The notes under the pieces were generated by a model. It saw only the letters and a program-made list of their open reading frames with translations, ran no database searches and was not told the DNA's origin. Both the position numbers and the translations under genes were made by a program. DNA of 8,734 nt from Prasinococcaceae sp. CCMP 1430 (lineage: Eukaryota > Plantae > Prasinodermophyta): contig RQSC01001053.1 of NCBI GenBank assembly GCA_013416795.1, positions 37,352 to 46,085 on the forward strand, written 5' to 3'. Shown here in pieces: positions 6,955 to 8,734 of this stretch. Each line of letters opens with the position of its first letter. Within the stretch, counting starts at the first letter, position 1.

Positions 6955-7281
6955 AGCAACTTCAAACTCATGCTGCTGCTAAACATCTCATACCGACACA
7001 TGGTTATGAAAAGCAGAGAGTGGGCTTTCCCACTAGCCAACCCAAAAGGAATTCCATCCGACCAATTCAACGCCATGGGTATAAACGTTCACAGGGGTCA
7101 ATCGGGTAGAACAAGATTGGCCGAAAACACCCCACAAAATGGCGCAACGTGCTGAGTGAGCACAAAGAAAGAGAAATGGATCCCAAACGGGGAACTTCCC
7201 ATTCAGGAACCCAGCTATCCTTGGCTAAAATCTTGGGACCTGGATCGGTCCATACCGCACACACCAAGCCAATATACACAC

Positions 7282-7537
7282 GGCTAGTTTCTTGTAAAAC
7301 AGCCCTGTAAAACTGTAACTGGCAAGCTGGTTTGTACCAGCAGAGCGGCCATCAATACTCAGCAACCCCTGCATCATTCAAGGTGCAAATACAGCATGTT
7401 CCAGCCACCAGGCTTTACTCTTGGATGGGACAAACAGCAGTGTAAAACTCTGCCTATTCATGATGGGACCCCGGTCTCAAACTGGCCGGGTGTTCCAAGC
7501 ACTGAAACCTGAGCACCAGTTTTACAAGCAACTAGGC
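7282..7537. repeat. 256-nt segment bounded by a 19-bp imperfect inverted repeat
   Basis: ggctagtttcttgtaaaac (7282-7300) versus the reverse complement of 7519-7537, gcctagttgcttgtaaaac: 17/19 identical. Confidence 0.75.
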
Positions 7538-7839
7538 TGAAACACTTAATGGAACATAGCTCACACGAAACCGCACCAAAATAAGATTGGTTTGGCTCTA
7601 ACGAGGGGCCTTTACATCAGCTTTCAAACAAGCTTAAGGTTCCCTGGAGCAAACACACACCACGGCAACACGGCCTGCTGCTGTCCGAACAAATTTTCTG
7701 AGATTTTGCAACTGTAAAATTGGCTGTAACTCAGAAATTTGGGCCACTTTGCCCGCATGGTTTGAACAGCAAACAAGACAGCGAACGGAAAGAGGGAAGA
7801 GAAGGGAGAGAGAGTATGGCACAGCGCCATCTTTCTTAC

Positions 7840-8070
7840 CCCAGCCGGGTCGTTCCCGGCTGGCTGCTCCTCGGGTTCTTCATGCGGCTCCCGGGAAGCT
7901 CCAGCCCGAGCTGGGTCATCTTGGTGCTCCTCCCCCGTTGCCGGTGGGTTCGTCTCCATGGGTGACGCCCGTGAGTCCGTCTCCATGGGTGTTACCCGTG
8001 AGGTTGAAGGTGCAGCTCCCCCCGTCGCCTTGGCTGCCACCCCAACTCCAGCCCGTCGTCCACCCGCCAT
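7840..8070 (-). CDS. gag: Predicted gag exon 1: 77-aa low-complexity (A/G/P/E-rich) N-terminus
   Basis: The ATG at 8070 (ccATGGcg) is the first sense-strand ATG after the PBS. The frame stays open to the GTAAG donor, and the composition matches the start of exon 2 (ADTPTDNPAPREADQPMEEDDED). Confidence 0.7.
7951..8004. repeat. Two-copy 27-nt tandem duplication inside predicted exon 1
   Basis: cgtctccatgggtgacgcccgtgagtc / cgtctccatgggtgttacccgtgaggt (22/27 identical), encoding SRVTPMETD / SRASPMETN. Confidence 0.85.
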
Positions 8071-8236
8071 GGAAACTCGAACAAAATGGGGCTGGAGGTA
8101 GAGATGGTTCCCAGGAAGATGGGGACGGTGTTGCTGGTCTTCTTGGGACTTCAAACTCTGTCACGGCCTCAAAGACAGCCGGACAGCCCAAAGAACTCTG
8201 ATTTCACAAGAATGGAAGGCCCTCCCCGGACCTTGC

Positions 8237-8248
8237 GCTCCGATACCA
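8237..8248 (-). other. Primer binding site complementary to the 3' end of initiator tRNA-Met (plant/green-algal type)
   Basis: Minus strand TGGTATCGGAGC, 2 nt after the LTR CA. It matches the canonical TGGTATCAGAGC at 11/12, the difference allowing a G-U pair. Confidence 0.92.
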
Positions 8249-8250
8249 AA

Positions 8251-8570
8251 TGTTAGAAGGGGGACCGGGAGCCCAAGGAACCTCCTTCTTGGACCCGGCC
8301 CGTCCTCGAATACTATCACACAATACACAAGACAAGAGTGGGCATGGAGGCCACCACGGCCTCACGCTGACTCCCCCATGCCCGGGGTTGTTTCTGGATT
8401 TCCAAGTCCCCCCTCGATTGGTCCTCGAGTGGGCCTTATCCAGTCGATGCCTCTAGGTACTCCCGTATAGCTATACGTCGACCTAGCCCCACCTAGGGAG
8501 TAGACATCTAGGAGGGATCCACGGGTGTGAGCGGCCCGTGGTCCTCCTTTTGGGAGGCGGCTATGTAACA
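8251..8570 (-). repeat. Complete 320-bp LTR: 5' LTR of this copy and 3' LTR of the adjacent copy
   Basis: TGTTA...TAACA terminal inverted repeats. PBS abuts one side and PPT the other. The last 18 nt match window positions 1-18. Confidence 0.93.
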
Positions 8571-8583
8571 TTCCTCCCCCTCC
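8571..8583 (-). other. Polypurine tract of the adjacent copy
   Basis: GGAGGGGGAGGAA on the minus strand, identical to 19-31. Confidence 0.92.
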
Positions 8584-8627
8584 ATAAGGGTCTCGTCCTC
8601 GAGACGTAAGAATGGGGATACCCCAAC

Positions 8628-8734
8628 TCAGGGTGTAACGACCCTCAATTGAGCCTGACTTCTCGTGACCACACGCGAAGTACCAGCGGTGTTTGCCCTC
8701 GCACCGGAGTCGGACAGACTAGACACGGCCCGCT
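8628..8734 (-). CDS. pol: Partial Pol C-terminus of the adjacent copy (...RAVSSLSDSGARANTAGTSRVVTRSQAQLRVVTP*)
   Basis: Homologous to 71-183. A 1-nt indel changes the last residues and the frame stops at TGA (8630-8628). Frame assumed from copy 1. Confidence 0.7.
   Translation of the reverse strand, partial: RAVSSLSDSGARANTAGTSRVVTRSQAQLRVVTP

Larger units (their letters stand above)
5770..7839 (-). other. Predicted 2070-nt GT-AG intron inside gag
   Basis: Donor GGG|GTAAGA (GT at 7839-7838) and acceptor GTGCAG|GCC (AG at 5771-5770). Both fall between codons of their frames. The segment is T-rich on the sense strand, unlike the GC-rich flanking coding sequence. Confidence 0.7.
1..8570 (-). 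mobile_element. Ty3/Gypsy LTR retrotransposon, chromovirus type; 3' LTR truncated by the window edge
   Basis: LTR-PBS-gag-PR-RT-RH-IN-chromodomain-PPT-LTR order on the minus strand. Integrase after RT/RNase H is the Ty3/Gypsy order. A chromodomain ends Pol. No in-frame stop in gag or pol. Confidence 0.97.
8571..8734 (-). mobile_element. 3' internal end of a second, same-orientation copy of the element
   Basis: Aligns with 19-183, with 11 substitutions and one 1-nt deletion. Confidence 0.9.

Noticed and set aside
7787-7814. Purine run as a central or alternative PPT
   Set aside because: It is purine-rich on the + strand, hence pyrimidine-rich on the element's sense strand, the wrong polarity for a PPT.
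8230-8250. tRNA gene
   Set aside because: Only 12 nt match a tRNA 3' end and there is no cloverleaf. This is a PBS.
8553-8734. Circular-contig overlap or one-LTR circle
   Set aside because: An overlap would be identical, but the two ends differ by 11 substitutions and an indel. A chimeric assembly cannot be excluded without reads.
1-8734. GATC enrichment or depletion linked to the Dam-like domain; target-site duplication
   Set aside because: GATC sites are present but I did not count them against a composition model, and the domain looks inactive. No host flank is in the window, so no TSD can be assessed.

Overview
The window holds one almost complete Ty3/Gypsy LTR retrotransposon (chromovirus type) on the minus strand. 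In element order it runs: 320-bp LTR (8251-8570, TGTTA...TAACA), tRNA-iMet PBS of the plant/green-algal type (8237-8248), gag, pol in the -1 frame (protease, RT, RNase H, integrase, chromodomain), PPT (19-31), and the edge of the 3' LTR (1-18). The host is probably a green alga or plant (inferred from the PBS only). Four things stand out. (1) The apparent 2.4-kb leader looks like a 77-codon gag exon plus a 2070-nt phase-0 GT-AG intron, which contains repeat arrays and hairpins. (2) A G_GAA_AAC slippery site plus a hairpin sits at the gag stop and predicts a -1 frameshift into pol. (3) A ~137-aa extra domain between Gag and protease resembles a Dam-like N6-adenine methyltransferase whose NPPF motif has degenerated to NLTM. 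(4) The LTR at 8251-8570 has a PBS on one side and the PPT and pol end of a slightly diverged second copy on the other, so this is a head-to-tail tandem sharing one LTR. All family assignments come from motif recognition by eye; no searches were run.
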